DNA of 64,000 nucleotides from Candidatus Gottesmanbacteria bacterium RIFCSPLOWO2_01_FULL_43_11b (lineage in GTDB: Bacteria > Patescibacteriota > Microgenomatia > UBA10105 > UBA927). Location: positions 300,049-364,048 of the forward strand of contig MFJV01000001.1 in assembly GCA_001780985.1 (NCBI GenBank), in the 5' to 3' direction. Below the pieces are notes generated by a model. It searched no databases, was not told the DNA's origin, and saw only the letters and a program-made list of their open reading frames with translations. A program made the position numbers and the translations under genes. Shown here one piece after another: positions 1 through 11,580 of this stretch (position 1 is the stretch's first letter; each line of letters begins with the position of its first letter).

Positions 1-322
1 ATCACTCGAAGCTAAAAAGTGCCAGGTTTAGACTACTCAATAATTATTGACTAATTACTGCCTCCATTCCCCCATATTGATCACTTTATATTCCTCGGTA
101 CTCTTATTTTAAATAATAAAACTATAAGGCCTTAAAATATACTCCTATAGGGTATTACTATAAAATAGCCCGTTTTATCGCTCTTTTCGATTCCCGCATT
201 ATTTACTGAGTTTTTTGTAAAAAAATGGTAAGTAATCATGTTTATCAAACTATATCATACAAAATATATTGATTAATGATATATTTTGATTCTTTAATCA
301 CAGCTAAAATATTTATGCGGTA

Positions 323-970
323 ATGCGTGAAAACTACTCTTTATTTCTTTTATTACCCTACTCACTTTTATCACTAAAGAGAACTCAAGTACATCATTTC
401 CCTCTTGACACCTTTATTAATAATGGTTTTACTGGATATATGGTTAATAAATTTCAAACGAATGCGTCTAATGTGCCGTATTATCTGAATAATCTGGAAA
501 TGTTATTTACCGATTTTTTACAGCAGGCGGGATCATCGGAAAAAACGCGGAAAAACTACAAAAGTGACGCGAATCATTTCTTAGGCTGGTTTATTTTCAA
601 ACTTGAATCCGCGGATCGTCTCCCTCATTCGCATATTGAATTCGTTCAGCGCATCACTCCGCGGTTCGTTGAGCAATATAAAACTTTTTTGCTAGTAAAC
701 AATATTCCAACAGCAACAATCAATCGCAGGCTCTCAACCATTCGAAGTTTTTTCAATTTCTGTCAAACACAAAAGTGGATTTCAGACAGCCCTGCTAAGA
801 ATCTTGCCACTGTTCGATCAAAAAAATTAGAACAGTCACGTTCCCAGGAAGACATACTTTCGTCATTTGCGCGGGATCTCAAAATGGAGGGTGCTTCAAG
901 GGCGACAATAAAAAATTACGTAAGCGACGTCCGGCTTTTTCTCCGTTGGAAAGATATTTATGCCGTTTAA
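323..970 (+). CDS. Protein of tandem phage-integrase-type N-terminal SAM-like (core-binding) repeats with no catalytic recombinase domain; probably joined by a +1 frame junction to the giant gene that follows
   Basis: 215-aa [29 protein letters not shown] ... [12 protein letters not shown] forms one complete core-binding-type helix bundle. A second N-terminal half follows ([28 protein letters not shown]). No R..HxxR..Y catalytic motifs. The stop overlaps the ATG of the 960 ORF, whose first 45 aa are a third copy of the same motif. Confidence 0.55.
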   Translation: MRENYSLFLLLPYSLLSLKRTQVHHFPLDTFINNGFTGYMVNKFQTNASNVPYYLNNLEMLFTDFLQQAGSSEKTRKNYKSDANHFLGWFIFKLESADRLPHSHIEFVQRITPRFVEQYKTFLLVNNIPTATINRRLSTIRSFFNFCQTQKWISDSPAKNLATVRSKKLEQSRSQEDILSSFARDLKMEGASRATIKNYVSDVRLFLRWKDIYAV

Positions 971-3900
971 ACCTGCCAATCTCACCCAATACGAAGAACA
1001 CCTTGCTGACCAAGGATACTCTCCTGCAACAATTGCGCGAAAAAAAGCCTCTGTAGGTAAATTTCAACAGTGGGCTGATTCGCGGGAAACGATTACGATA
1101 CCGGCTGAAAACGAACACCCACGGAAAAGTCGCGCATGGATGTATGGAGTTTTGTTAGCACTTGGTGGTATTGGATTGCTAACCATGATCGTCATAGTAC
1201 TGTTGAATCAACAAAGCCGGGTAGCCCCAGCAATTACCAGCCGTGCAGTTGTTGTTGAACCAACACCTGGCACTCGGCCTACCCCGACTGCTACTCCTAC
1301 CCCAGAGGTAAGCACGGTTGCAAAATCTCAAGAGATCCCCTCATCTCAAGCATATACGATCAGCGGAGAGACTGTTACTATCACTACTTCCCCATTTAGC
1401 AACGGCGACATAACGCTCGCACCCGATGGTCAGGGACAGTTCCTCATTCGATCGAGTACAAGCACAGAGAATTCCGTAGATGTTCGCAATGCCAATTTAA
1501 CAACCGGTGCCCTTCTCTACGGGAATGTAGGTAACAGCAATCTTGGGTATGATTTCCTGCGCTTTACCAACGGCCCGGATGAAAAACTCCACTTCTCGGT
1601 CGATGCCTCCGGCAATACCTATATCGGAGGAAATGCAACGATTGAAAATATCCTGCTTGTCGATGAATTAAAGACTAAAGATGCCTCAGCCATACAGCTG
1701 GACAATGCCATCACGTTTAAAGATGCCGGTACGATATCAACAACCAATGGTAATTTGAATCTCCAACCCTCTGGAGTCGTGAATATTCCGGTAATTATCC
1801 AAAATCTCTCAACAAGTAACAGTGGGAGGGTGCAAATCAACGATGATTTACAAATCTATGGATCAGAATGGATTTCAGGGGGGTTAGATGTCAATGGTCG
1901 TACAATTCTCAACAGCAGCCTTCTCATTAAAAATGGTTATGGGCTGCCTGGGTTTGAATTTACTCTTGCCGGCGATGCGACAATTTCCGGAAGTCTTTCT
2001 CTTGCCCCGAACGTGCCGGGTTACGTTGGCACATGCGATTCAAGTAAAGCAGGACTGATCTATTATGATGGAGTTGTAAATATTCTGTACTATTGTAATG
2101 GAACAACATGGGTTTCTGCTGAAAGCGGTGTGGGCGGTCCCACCGGTGCGACTGGGGCGACTGGGGCAACGGGAGCCACCGGAGCGACAGGAACGGCTGG
2201 AGCTTCCGGCCCAACGGGTGCTACCGGAGCGACAGGCGGAGCTGGTCCGACTGGGAGCACCGGAGCAACGGGGGGTGCTGGTGCTTCTGGACCGACCGGG
2301 TCAACTGGTGCAACCGGTGGAGCCGGTATAGGTGGAGCAACGGGGAGCACAGGCTCTACGGGAACAGATGGACCAACCGGACCAACCGGGGCGACAGGGT
2401 CTGCTGGACCAACGGGAGCGACCGGAGCGACAGGAGATGGCGGTCCGACGGGATCCACGGGTGCAACCGGAGCAGATGGACCGACGGGTGCAACAGGCGC
2501 AACCGGAGCTACCGGTACTGCTGGAGCTTCTGGTCCAACCGGAGCGACCGGGCCAACAGGAGGTCCCGGTATTGGAGGGGCTACAGGAAGTACAGGTTCC
2601 ACAGGAGTTGAAGGGCCCACCGGAAGCACGGGGGCGACGGGAGCGAATGGACCCACAGGAAGTACCGGCCCCACTGGGTCAAATGGACCAACGGGGGCGA
2701 CGGGGGCCACGGGTGCAGCCGGAAGCGATGGGCCAACGGGAAGTACGGGGGCCACCGGAGGCGGGGGGCCAACCGGACCAACGGGAACAACCGGTGCTAA
2801 CGGACCAACCGGAAGTACAGGGCCGACGGGGGCCAATGGACCAACGGGAAGTACGGGGGCGACGGGAGCAACGGGAACGGTGGGAGCAAGTGGGCCGACC
2901 GGAAGTACAGGAGCAACAGGGGCTAGTGGGCCGACCGGAAGTACAGGAGCAACAGGAGCTAATGGACCGACGGGATCTACTGGTGCTACAGGCGCAACAG
3001 GGACCGCAGGTGCTTCCGGACCGACGGGAAGTACAGGTGCAACCGGTGGTAACGGACCCACTGGATCGACCGGACCGACGGGATCTGCCGGACCAACCGG
3101 AGCGACTGGTGCGACGGGGGCCACGGGCACTGCTGGTGCGAGTGGACCAACAGGGGCGACTGGGGCAACTGGTTCTAATGGACCAACGGGAAGCACAGGA
3201 ACTACCGGATCAAATGGTCCTACTGGAGCCACAGGCGCAACGGGAGCTACTGGTGCGGCAGGTGCTTCCGGTCCTACAGGAGCAACCGGGTCAACGGGAG
3301 GAGATGGTCCGACGGGAAGTACCGGTGCAACAGGAACAAATGGACCCACCGGTGCAACCGGAGCCACAGGCGCAACAGGTGCAACCGGCGCAAATGGGCC
3401 CACTGGGGCAACCGGAGCGACGGGCGCAACCGGAGCGACGGGAACCGCCGGCGCTTCCGGACCTACCGGCGCAACAGGAGCAACCGGCGCAACGGGAGCA
3501 ACCGGAGACAACGGTCCCACGGGAAGTACCGGCGCAACAGGTGCAACCGGAGGGGATGGTCCGACAGGTCCCACCGGGACAACGGGGGCTAATGGGCCGA
3601 CCGGTGCAACGGGTGCAACGGGTGCAACGGGTGCAAATGGGCCAACAGGATCGACAGGGGCAACTGGCGCAACAGGAACAGATGGGCCGACAGGATCAAC
3701 GGGTGCAACAGGAACGGGTGGCCTCGGTGGTGCAACGGGGGCAACGGGAGGAACAGGAGTTGCTGGTTCTTCCGGACCGACCGGGGCAACTGGCGCAACC
3801 GGGGGAACTGGCGCAACCGGGGTACAGGGACCGACAGGTACGACTGGTTCAACGGGAACAACGGGAGCAAACGGCCCAACTGGGATGACTGGGGCTACCG

Positions 3901-6900
3901 GCGAACGTGGTGCCGCGGGTGAAAATCTCTTTGATCAAACGAATAATCTTATTTACCCCTACCCTGTCGTCAATCGCAGTATTGCTTTGGGAAGCGACAT
4001 ATTTTCTCCCGCCGATGATCCGTCAACAACATCAACTGCGAGTGCCCTTATCATGCTCAATGGCGATAATGGACAGATCTGGGGAGCAGATACTACGATA
4101 GGAAAAAACATCCGGACCGACCTACGAGCACTTAGTAACGTCACCGATGTGTTCGTCTATGATACAAGCAAAGACTCCGACGCCGGATTATGGAGAAATG
4201 ATGATCGGGGCAAAGCAACAAGCTGGTACAACGAAACCATTGATAACCCGGCCGCCACCTGTGTCGTGGATACCGACGATCGCTGTGGCAACAGAGAGTT
4301 TCCAGCCAAAGCCATTATCGTCGTAACTACTACCAAAATGTATATATATGATGCATACGATAACACGCTGTGGATGGATTTCCGCAAAGGCGCGACCACG
4401 ATCGAGCAAATGATCGGGCCGACCGATAATTCCACAGGTTCCAGTGTCTGGGCGTTAAACGGCAAGATTTACTATGCAAATAACGGCTCGGTCGGAGGTC
4501 TCTATGTCATCGATCTTCTCAACGACCGTGCCTACAAATACGACGCCACTAATGATTACGTCGGCGACAAAACCGTGGGAACCAGAAATTCGACGGTCAC
4601 CTGGACGGCCGGACCATCATCACCCATCGTGAATGCAACGATCAATGATATCATGGCACGGGTCATCGGTGGAGACACATACGCTGTCGTAGGAACCGAT
4701 GCAGGTATGTCCGTCATTAACGAAACCGACCGCGCGGTCTTTGATTATGACGATGAGGTGGGAACGGCAGATAACGACTACAATAGCGTCTGGCTCGACC
4801 GTGATGGTAATCTCTGGGACCTCAACGAAACTGCGGGGCAGCTCGATAAATGGACAAACGTCATTGCTGACTCTGCCGATGAAAATCCCGGTAATCCGGA
4901 TACCGTCTGGGACGAATCCTCTACCCCGGCGCTTTTTGACAGCGCGCAAACGATAAACGTGGCACCTTCTGCCCTCACCGTCCGTGAGGGGACGAGTACG
5001 GTGGACGGAAAATCTCCGACCGTTTACGTCGGCCACAATGGCGGACTCACGGCGCTTTCTACCAAGGCAGATGATGAAACCAACGGCTCGGTCAAATATT
5101 ACACCAACTCATATATTACCGAAGAAATGATAGGAGATATCCGCGGCATGTGGCCTTTATACGGCAGTGGTTCCATTGCCGACGGAACCAACAATATCGA
5201 CGATGCCTCAGTCAAATCCGAAGAGCTCACCGCCAAAAATGCCAACGGCACAGGTCTTGCCTACGCCACAGGAGTACGGGGAACGGGAATAAGTTTTGAC
5301 GGAACCGACGATTATCTCTGTTCCGACACGAATGATGACGACACCTGCGACGACACAGCAAATCTTGAATTCGGCGCATCACCCACATTCTCCTACGGGA
5401 CATGGTTCAATGTTAATTCCTCCGGAGGGAATGAATGCGCCGTCAGTGATAAAAATGGGTGTGTAAACTCGACGGCCGGCTACTCCGTGTATAAGGATAC
5501 CACGGACAAGATTGTATGCCGCATCGCAGACGGAAGCAACGCCGCAACGGCCACAACCGTCGGGACACATGCCGACAGCCTTTGGCACCAGGTAACCTGT
5601 ACCGTGGATGGATCAAACATCCGAATCTACATCGATGGGATTCTTGACGCGACATCAAGTATTGCAACCGTGACTGGCTCAACCAACAACACATTACCAT
5701 TTATTATTGGGGGTCAGGGGTCACCAACCACCAATTTTTTCTCGGGATCTATTGACGATGTTTTCGTTACGGCGGAAGCTCTCACTCCGGGTCAGATCAG
5801 AAACCTATACCAAGTTGGCTACCGCGCTTCGCAAAACCATACAGCAGGACGAATTACAAATATCGGAGCGGATGATTATCAGCATCTTTTGGGAAATGCC
5901 TCCGGCGGCACCTCAACCAGTAGCCGTGTGTTTTCTGCCGCAGTCGATGATAGCAATCAATTTATTTATGCCGGAATCAACTCAAGCGGCGATAACACCG
6001 GTGGAGTGACGGTGCTTGGAATTGACAGCGACAGTGCTCTTGATCTTTATGACACAACGGCAAATACCAGTAAAGACGACGATATCGGTACGCAGTTTAA
6101 CGCCAGCGATGCGCTTGCGATATCTGTAGCTGGTGCTCCGTGCCCTGCGTACAACGGCGGCACGACCGCCTGCAACAATAGTGCCACCCTCGCAATCGCC
6201 GGAACTGACGATACGAACTATCGAGTCTGGATGGAGACGTCGGAAATATCACTGTATAACGCGCTTTCTCTTATCAGTAGTCCGTCACTCACGAAAAACA
6301 ATATGACCGTCAACAACATATTCACGATCTACAATACCTATAACAATCTGGATCAATCATCTACAGGAGAAACGATCCAAACCCCGGCGCTTTCCGTCGA
6401 CAGCAACGGGAACCTCGTCTACAACTATCTCGGCACATCAACAAGCGCAACAGCCATGGACTTCAACGATTCCGTACTCACTACAGGAACCATGCTTGAT
6501 CTAACTTCCACGACGCTCACGACGGGAGATGCGCTCAAAATTACCACAAACGCCCTCACGAGCGGCAATGCGCTCGATATTTCCTCAACGAGCACGGCCA
6601 TGACGGGCGATTTGGCGGCGATTACGCTTTCCGGAAGTAACGCTGCCAACACCGGCTCGCTTCTTTCTCTCACTAATAGTGGTACAGCTAATACCGGGGA
6701 GACTCTCTATATCAAACACTATGCTACCGGTACAAATAATCTCGCGATGCGCGTAGACGATGTAAGTAGCGATACGTCACCCTTTGTCATAGACGGCGCA
6801 GGCAACGTCGGCATCGGCCAGTCGGCGCCAGTCAGTCAACTTTATATTGGAAACAATGCCGACAGCTGGACCGATGCGTCCAACTCCCAGGTGACCATAG

Positions 6901-9900
6901 AAGGCGTTGATAATGAAACGACAGTCAAAGCGTTTTCGGTGAAAGATGAAAATGCAAACGAGTACTTCTTCCTTAGCTCCGTTGCCGGCTCTAACAACGG
7001 AATAGCATATTTCAAAGGCAATGTTGGCATTGGCGATACTGGTCCGGATTATCATCTGGAAATCAGCGATACCACCGATACTCCGGTTCTGGCCCTTTCT
7101 GATGATGATATCGCCCAGGGATTCACCACAGATGTAGCAGAGACAGACGTGTTTGCTCACCTTACCTCCCTCTCCACAACTGCAGGAGGAGTCCAGTTCA
7201 CTGCGCTTTCCGATACTGACGCTCAAGCCCTTTCCATCAAGGCCGGTATTGGATCTGCAACCCCTACGGATACGACGCCCGCGATCAAGTTTATCGGTGG
7301 TAAATTAAGTGGTACGACATTCGGCGATCTTGACGTCACCTCTGCAATCACGTCAACTACCGCAGAAACGGTCTTCCAAATTGCCAACAACAATGACACT
7401 GCGGGATTTACTATGTTGGGGAATGGAAATATAGCTATTGGTAATAATGTAAGCCCTTTGGGAAAACTGGTTATTACTTCAAATCCCTTAGGGTCCGACT
7501 ACACAACCGGCCACGCGGCACTCATCGTCGACCAATTTGAAACCCAGGATATTATCGCCGCATCCGCCTCTGGAGTACTTCGCTTCAAAGTAGAAAGCGA
7601 CGGAGATGTTGTTTCGCAACGGTTTATGGATTCGGCAGACAATACTTACCTCATAGATCCGGCGAACGCCAGCACGGCTCTTACCCTAGCAGGAAGTGCC
7701 GGAATCGGCGACACCACACCCGATTATCTTTTGGAATTATATGACGCAACCGCCACACCCGCGTTTGCTCTTTCCGATGATGATATCGGCCATGGGGTTA
7801 CTACCCTGGTCCAAACAGACGTCTTTGGGCATCTGTCCTCGGTCTCCTCGTCCGACGGGGGCCTACAAGTAACCGGACTGGCCGACGCTACGGGAATAGC
7901 GTTGGGGCTCAAAGGGGTTCAGTCTTCCAATCCGACAGACACAACACCTGCAATTTCACTCATCGGAACCAAAGCCAATGGCACGGGGGTTCAGGATTTG
8001 GATTCTGCAGAAACCGTGCTCCAAATAGCCAACAACGATAATACCGCAGCCCTGACAGTTCTAGGAAATGATTATGTCGGAATCGGGACAACCACCCCGT
8101 CAACCCCGCTTGAAGTTGCAATTAATAACGCCACCAATAACGACATTACCAATCTTTTAACCCTGACCCACACCACCTCCGGAACTGCCACAGGTGGCCT
8201 TGATGCTGTCCTTCTCCATATGGACGGAGATGATGCTTCAACGACTTTTACTGACGAATCAGGCAAAACATGGACAGCCAACGCCAATGCCCAGATTGAC
8301 ACGGCTCAAAGCAAGTTCGGCGGAGCATCGGGTTTATTTGACGGCACCGGTGATTACATTAACACCGCAGATCATGACGACTTTTATCTCGGCAGCAGAG
8401 ACTGGACCTTTGATTTCTGGATAAGACATGTATCAAATGCCACAGATGAATATATCTTTACTCAATATGCAGATGCCAACAATTATTTCTACATCCTGGC
8501 AAATGGAGGGGGAAATACGCTAGCTATCGTACAGGCAGATTCAAGCACAACCAGATGGTCATTCACAGCCCCGTGGAATCCGACAAACGCCACCTGGTAT
8601 CATGTCGCAATCGAAAGAGAAGGAAACACTCCAAGAATATTCATAGGCGGTGTAGCTCAAACTGTTACCGAGGTAACCACAATTGCCGGAAAAACGGCGG
8701 CTGACATTGCCGCAAGCCCAAGAATCGGGATAAACGGGGTGGGCAGCGCAGGTCTTAACGGCTGGCTGGATGATTTCAGGTTTACCAACGGCACTGCCCG
8801 CTGGAGCAGCAACTTCACCCCGCCGGCAAGCGCAGTCACCTATCAAGGGGGAACAGTCACCGGAATAGGGACAGGTCTTCTTTTCAGGACGGAAGATTCG
8901 GCCGGCAATACGGAAAACGCCGGCAGGATATATTCTGCTCTAAATAAAACCACCGACGGAGAGGAGACGTCCCAAATGACTTTTGAGACAAGAACCGGCG
9001 GAGCGGCTCTAACTCCCGCGATGAGACTTAACGGAATCGGGAATCTAACCCTAAAAGGTTCGCTAATTCAATCCAGCACACCGGATATTGCCGAAAATGT
9101 GATTGTGACTGACCCGACGGTTGAGGCGGGAGATATCGTGGTAATTGATCCGTCCTATCAACCGCCGGAGGGGGCCAATATTTATAACCGCTTTGCCGCC
9201 AAAAAGGCCGAGACACCCTATTCGCAGCAGCTTCTGGGAGTAATTTCGCAGGACCCGGGAATTATTCTTAATGCCCCTGAAGACGCGGTTGATACCGGCG
9301 AGCAAAGTGCTGCCAACGAGCGGCCTTTGGCTATTGCCGGCCGTGTTCCGGTCAGGGTTTCCACAATTAACGGCAATATTAAAAATGGCGACGCCATTAC
9401 CGCCTCGATGATTCCCGGAGTCGGGATGAAGGCAACCGGCGAAGGCAATATCGTAGGCCGCGCTCTGCAGGCATTTAGCTGTGAATCTCCCGATACTCCC
9501 TGCGAGGGCAAAATCCTTGTCCTTGTGTCCACTTCCTGGCATAAACCCAAAATTTTTGAAGAGGGCGGGATAATAACCACGATCATCCAGGACGCCCAAA
9601 CTTTGGTGTATCAGGTGGTGCAAACGACGGCCGAGGGCATTGACCGGATCGCCGAGGAGATTGGAGTTTACGCCAATTTAATCGCGGCAAACATTAACGC
9701 GGGACTGATTGAAACAAAAGAACTCAAAACCGATACTCTCTCTCCCATTGCTTCGGATAGCGCAGGGATCGCCGTACGCCTAGGGCCGGAACAAACGTTT
9801 ACCATCACCGACAGAGAAGGCACTCCGTCTGCACGCTTTGACAACTTGGGGAACGCTACATTCTCTGGTGAACTAACTGCGAGTGAAGCAAGTATTTCCG

Positions 9901-10658
9901 GCAATTTATATGCTGACCGTGTTCAGACTTCGTTTGGAGATTTAGATGCTCGGCTGATTGGTCTCGAAGCGTCAATTTCAGCTATTGGTTACATTGCTCC
10001 ACCTGATGAGTCAACAAGTTTAGCAACCAATGTTCCTGACCTCACCGTCGCCAATAATCTAACCGTCTACGGACAGACGAGTTTAGGCCCCGTAAGTGTT
10101 GCCGGATCTCTCCTTGTTGATGGCGTCATACAGTTGTCGCAGCAGGGAATCGACTTTCTCGGTGACACGTTAGATTTTCTCAGCGGCGTTCTTCGCCTAA
10201 GTGCAAACAGAATTGAAGTCGGCGCGCCCATTGCTCCCATTCCAGGCCAAGATCTCACGATAGATCTCGAAAAACCGTCATCCGGCTTCGGCACGCTTCT
10301 CGTCAAAGGAAATGTTTACACTGAGGGCAATATCGCTGCCCGAAGTGCCACTGTCTCGGGCGAACTCACCACCCGAAAGCTCATTATAGCTAACGATCAA
10401 GCCTCACCAAGTGCGGAACTATCTGAAATTTCAAGTAACGCGACAGTCGGAGTCGGCACAATACAAGCTGAATCACTCGAAGTAACTATTCCCACTACTG
10501 CAGTAACAGATTCATCATACATCTATATCACACCGACAACTTCTACAAATAACCAAGTACTATATGTAAAGTACAAGATCGCCGGAAGCGGATTCGTTGT
10601 CGGATTTGATCAAATTGTTCCTGCTGATGTGGAGTTTAACTGGTGGGTGATTAATTAA
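960..10658 (+). CDS. Giant membrane-anchored surface protein (3232 aa) with N-terminal SAM-like segment, signal-anchor TM helix, Thr/Pro linker, collagen-like Gly-X-Y region, two LamG/ConA-like lectin domains and tail-fibre-like repeat modules
   Basis: Uninterrupted 9.7-kb ORF. TM helix [23 protein letters not shown] at ~1138-1210. [10 protein letters not shown] linker. About 200 GXY triplets. LamG motifs ([22 protein letters not shown] ... [21 protein letters not shown]; [10 protein letters not shown] ... [20 protein letters not shown] ... [15 protein letters not shown]). Repeated NVGIG(D/Q)(T/S)xP modules. Confidence 0.85.
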   Translation: MPFKPANLTQYEEHLADQGYSPATIARKKASVGKFQQWADSRETITIPAENEHPRKSRAWMYGVLLALGGIGLLTMIVIVLLNQQSRVAPAITSRAVVVEPTPGTRPTPTATPTPEVSTVAKSQEIPSSQAYTISGETVTITTSPFSNGDITLAPDGQGQFLIRSSTSTENSVDVRNANLTTGALLYGNVGNSNLGYDFLRFTNGPDEKLHFSVDASGNTYIGGNATIENILLVDELKTKDASAIQLDNAITFKDAGTISTTNGNLNLQPSGVVNIPVIIQNLSTSNSGRVQINDDLQIYGSEWISGGLDVNGRTILNSSLLIKNGYGLPGFEFTLAGDATISGSLSLAPNVPGYVGTCDSSKAGLIYYDGVVNILYYCNGTTWVSAESGVGGPTGATGATGATGATGATGTAGASGPTGATGATGGAGPTGSTGATGGAGASGPTGSTGATGGAGIGGATGSTGSTGTDGPTGPTGATGSAGPTGATGATGDGGPTGSTGATGADGPTGATGATGATGTAGASGPTGATGPTGGPGIGGATGSTGSTGVEGPTGSTGATGANGPTGSTGPTGSNGPTGATGATGAAGSDGPTGSTGATGGGGPTGPTGTTGANGPTGSTGPTGANGPTGSTGATGATGTVGASGPTGSTGATGASGPTGSTGATGANGPTGSTGATGATGTAGASGPTGSTGATGGNGPTGSTGPTGSAGPTGATGATGATGTAGASGPTGATGATGSNGPTGSTGTTGSNGPTGATGATGATGAAGASGPTGATGSTGGDGPTGSTGATGTNGPTGATGATGATGATGANGPTGATGATGATGATGTAGASGPTGATGATGATGATGDNGPTGSTGATGATGGDGPTGPTGTTGANGPTGATGATGATGANGPTGSTGATGATGTDGPTGSTGATGTGGLGGATGATGGTGVAGSSGPTGATGATGGTGATGVQGPTGTTGSTGTTGANGPTGMTGATGERGAAGENLFDQTNNLIYPYPVVNRSIALGSDIFSPADDPSTTSTASALIMLNGDNGQIWGADTTIGKNIRTDLRALSNVTDVFVYDTSKDSDAGLWRNDDRGKATSWYNETIDNPAATCVVDTDDRCGNREFPAKAIIVVTTTKMYIYDAYDNTLWMDFRKGATTIEQMIGPTDNSTGSSVWALNGKIYYANNGSVGGLYVIDLLNDRAYKYDATNDYVGDKTVGTRNSTVTWTAGPSSPIVNATINDIMARVIGGDTYAVVGTDAGMSVINETDRAVFDYDDEVGTADNDYNSVWLDRDGNLWDLNETAGQLDKWTNVIADSADENPGNPDTVWDESSTPALFDSAQTINVAPSALTVREGTSTVDGKSPTVYVGHNGGLTALSTKADDETNGSVKYYTNSYITEEMIGDIRGMWPLYGSGSIADGTNNIDDASVKSEELTAKNANGTGLAYATGVRGTGISFDGTDDYLCSDTNDDDTCDDTANLEFGASPTFSYGTWFNVNSSGGNECAVSDKNGCVNSTAGYSVYKDTTDKIVCRIADGSNAATATTVGTHADSLWHQVTCTVDGSNIRIYIDGILDATSSIATVTGSTNNTLPFIIGGQGSPTTNFFSGSIDDVFVTAEALTPGQIRNLYQVGYRASQNHTAGRITNIGADDYQHLLGNASGGTSTSSRVFSAAVDDSNQFIYAGINSSGDNTGGVTVLGIDSDSALDLYDTTANTSKDDDIGTQFNASDALAISVAGAPCPAYNGGTTACNNSATLAIAGTDDTNYRVWMETSEISLYNALSLISSPSLTKNNMTVNNIFTIYNTYNNLDQSSTGETIQTPALSVDSNGNLVYNYLGTSTSATAMDFNDSVLTTGTMLDLTSTTLTTGDALKITTNALTSGNALDISSTSTAMTGDLAAITLSGSNAANTGSLLSLTNSGTANTGETLYIKHYATGTNNLAMRVDDVSSDTSPFVIDGAGNVGIGQSAPVSQLYIGNNADSWTDASNSQVTIEGVDNETTVKAFSVKDENANEYFFLSSVAGSNNGIAYFKGNVGIGDTGPDYHLEISDTTDTPVLALSDDDIAQGFTTDVAETDVFAHLTSLSTTAGGVQFTALSDTDAQALSIKAGIGSATPTDTTPAIKFIGGKLSGTTFGDLDVTSAITSTTAETVFQIANNNDTAGFTMLGNGNIAIGNNVSPLGKLVITSNPLGSDYTTGHAALIVDQFETQDIIAASASGVLRFKVESDGDVVSQRFMDSADNTYLIDPANASTALTLAGSAGIGDTTPDYLLELYDATATPAFALSDDDIGHGVTTLVQTDVFGHLSSVSSSDGGLQVTGLADATGIALGLKGVQSSNPTDTTPAISLIGTKANGTGVQDLDSAETVLQIANNDNTAALTVLGNDYVGIGTTTPSTPLEVAINNATNNDITNLLTLTHTTSGTATGGLDAVLLHMDGDDASTTFTDESGKTWTANANAQIDTAQSKFGGASGLFDGTGDYINTADHDDFYLGSRDWTFDFWIRHVSNATDEYIFTQYADANNYFYILANGGGNTLAIVQADSSTTRWSFTAPWNPTNATWYHVAIEREGNTPRIFIGGVAQTVTEVTTIAGKTAADIAASPRIGINGVGSAGLNGWLDDFRFTNGTARWSSNFTPPASAVTYQGGTVTGIGTGLLFRTEDSAGNTENAGRIYSALNKTTDGEETSQMTFETRTGGAALTPAMRLNGIGNLTLKGSLIQSSTPDIAENVIVTDPTVEAGDIVVIDPSYQPPEGANIYNRFAAKKAETPYSQQLLGVISQDPGIILNAPEDAVDTGEQSAANERPLAIAGRVPVRVSTINGNIKNGDAITASMIPGVGMKATGEGNIVGRALQAFSCESPDTPCEGKILVLVSTSWHKPKIFEEGGIITTIIQDAQTLVYQVVQTTAEGIDRIAEEIGVYANLIAANINAGLIETKELKTDTLSPIASDSAGIAVRLGPEQTFTITDREGTPSARFDNLGNATFSGELTASEASISGNLYADRVQTSFGDLDARLIGLEASISAIGYIAPPDESTSLATNVPDLTVANNLTVYGQTSLGPVSVAGSLLVDGVIQLSQQGIDFLGDTLDFLSGVLRLSANRIEVGAPIAPIPGQDLTIDLEKPSSGFGTLLVKGNVYTEGNIAARSATVSGELTTRKLIIANDQASPSAELSEISSNATVGVGTIQAESLEVTIPTTAVTDSSYIYITPTTSTNNQVLYVKYKIAGSGFVVGFDQIVPADVEFNWWVIN
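2130..3920 (+). repeat. Collagen-like Gly-X-Y triplet repeat (about 200 triplets, mostly GPTG(A/S)TGATG) inside the giant gene, highly repetitive at DNA level
   Basis: Continuous G-x-y periodicity from ...[14 protein letters not shown] to ...[14 protein letters not shown]. Reverse-strand Pro/Val/Ala-rich ORF 2090..3574 and +-strand ORFs 2098..2331 and 2332..3888 are frame shadows of this repeat. Confidence 0.85.
6780..8110 (+). repeat. Three tandem, diverged ~100-150-aa tail-fibre-like modules within the giant protein
   Basis: Module starts [17 protein letters not shown]..., [48 protein letters not shown]..., [47 protein letters not shown].... Each ends in ...QIANN(N/D)(D/N)TA(G/A)(F/L)T(M/V)LGN. 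Confidence 0.5.
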
Positions 10659-10705
10659 CTTTACAACTTACAACTTTACAACTTATAACTTGATAATTTA
10701 CAACT
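10657..10705 (+). repeat. Imperfect heptamer array (T)TTACAAC x ~6 directly upstream of the four-helix-bundle gene start
   Basis: aactttacaacttacaactttacaacttataacttgataatttacaact, ending 5 nt before ATG 10711. Confidence 0.8.
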
Positions 10706-10710
10706 AGGTA

Positions 10711-11070
10711 ATGAAAAAATTTCGTTTTCTCGAGTGGAAAGTTTACAAAGACGCGAAGAATCTATTCGCTAGACTCCTTACGATTGTTAAAAGACTTCCA
10801 AAAGAATATCGTTTTGAATTGGGAAGTCAGATTATTAGATCGGGACTTTCTGTTGTGCTCAATATAGCCGAGGGAAGTGGGAAAAATTCAGATAAGGAAC
10901 TTAACCGTTATTTCGATATCTCCCTTGGGTCATTACATGAAGTTTTGGCATGCATTGATGTACTGAAAGACAATAAGCTTATAACAGAAAAAGAGTTTAA
11001 TGATATTTTTACTTTAGTAAATGAAATTTCCAACCAATTAGGAGGCTTCAAGAAAGTTGTTAAGTTGTAA
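10711..11070 (+). CDS. Four-helix-bundle protein (TIGR02436 / 23S rRNA intervening-sequence protein family; DGR Avd-like fold)
   Basis: 119 aa. Family-typical LxxA..L...VV.L...I.R.......LNIAEGSG....KE...F..ISLGSL.E....I.V. The last four residues are encoded by the downstream repeat array. Confidence 0.8.
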   Translation: MKKFRFLEWKVYKDAKNLFARLLTIVKRLPKEYRFELGSQIIRSGLSVVLNIAEGSGKNSDKELNRYFDISLGSLHEVLACIDVLKDNKLITEKEFNDIFTLVNEISNQLGGFKKVVKL

Positions 11071-11096
11071 GTTGTAAGTTGTAAGTTGTAAGTTGC
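11056..11096 (+). repeat. Heptamer array (GTTGTAA) x ~5.5, the inverted complement of the array at 10657..10705
   Basis: gttgttaagttgtaagttgtaagttgtaagttgtaagttgc. Overlaps the last codons and stop of 10711..11070 and lies 5 nt from the stop of the pilin gene on the minus strand. Confidence 0.8.
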
Positions 11097-11100
11097 GTAG

Positions 11101-11580
11101 TTAATCCGCACACAATTTATATTCCCCGGGGGTAGGGGTGGGATATCCGCAGCGGGCTTGGCTCGCTCCGATATCTGCGTCTGAGGCGTTCTCAAGAACA
11201 ACTTTTGCCAGAAAATCATCTGTATCAGTCGGTTTAAGAGGATGCCGGTTATACAAATACTCGACCGGTAGATTTTTCATGTACACGGTCTCTCCGCCCG
11301 ACGGCCCTGCTTGAAAAGGACCTGTCTGGGAACAGGCTGACGTCCCCGTAGTCCCACAGCCATTGATGAGAGTGCCTGTGCCGCTCGGGTAACTATTAAA
11401 GTCATTGTAATAGAGCCGAAGAGCACTTTTGAGCTCCCGCAGTTCCGCTTTTCTCTTGGCATCTTTAGCCCGCTGTCTGGCTCCAAGAAAATTTGGAAGT
11501 GCTACACCCACGAGGGCGGCAATAATCGTTATGACAACCAGAAGTTCGATAAGTGAAAAACCTTTCTTACTATTTTTCAT
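11101..11580 (-). CDS. Type IV pilin / pseudopilin-like protein with class III (prepilin peptidase) signal peptide
   Basis: MKNSKKG|FSLIELLVVITIIAALVGVALP. G-1/F+1/E+5 motif and hydrophobic N-terminal helix. Confidence 0.75.
   Translation of the reverse strand: MKNSKKGFSLIELLVVITIIAALVGVALPNFLGARQRAKDAKRKAELRELKSALRLYYNDFNSYPSGTGTLINGCGTTGTSACSQTGPFQAGPSGGETVYMKNLPVEYLYNRHPLKPTDTDDFLAKVVLENASDADIGASQARCGYPTPTPGEYKLCAD

Noticed and set aside
1-322. AT-rich leader upstream of the first ORF with weak TTGATT...TATTTA promoter-like hexamers
   Set aside because: Hexamers are a poor match and the spacing is uncertain. The region is generically AT-rich, so no specific call is made.
323-970. Tyrosine recombinase / integrase marking a mobile element
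   Set aside because: Only N-terminal SAM-like core-binding segments are present. No catalytic domain (R...HxxR...Y) exists here or downstream.
2090-3888. Long ORFs on both strands across the collagen region: 494-aa PVAPVAPV-rich minus-strand ORF 2090..3574, and plus-strand ORFs 2098..2331 (77 aa) and 2332..3888 (518 aa, Arg/Gln/Glu-rich)
   Set aside because: They are frame shadows of the GC-rich 9-nt Gly-X-Y repeat, which has no stops in several frames. The Gly-X-Y frame is continuous with flanking domains that have clear homology.
4620-9623. Multiple 60-190-aa antisense ORFs inside the giant gene (e.g. 4620..5036, 6777..7226, 9063..9623)
   Set aside because: All lie within a continuous, domain-supported 3232-aa reading frame. 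No independent support.
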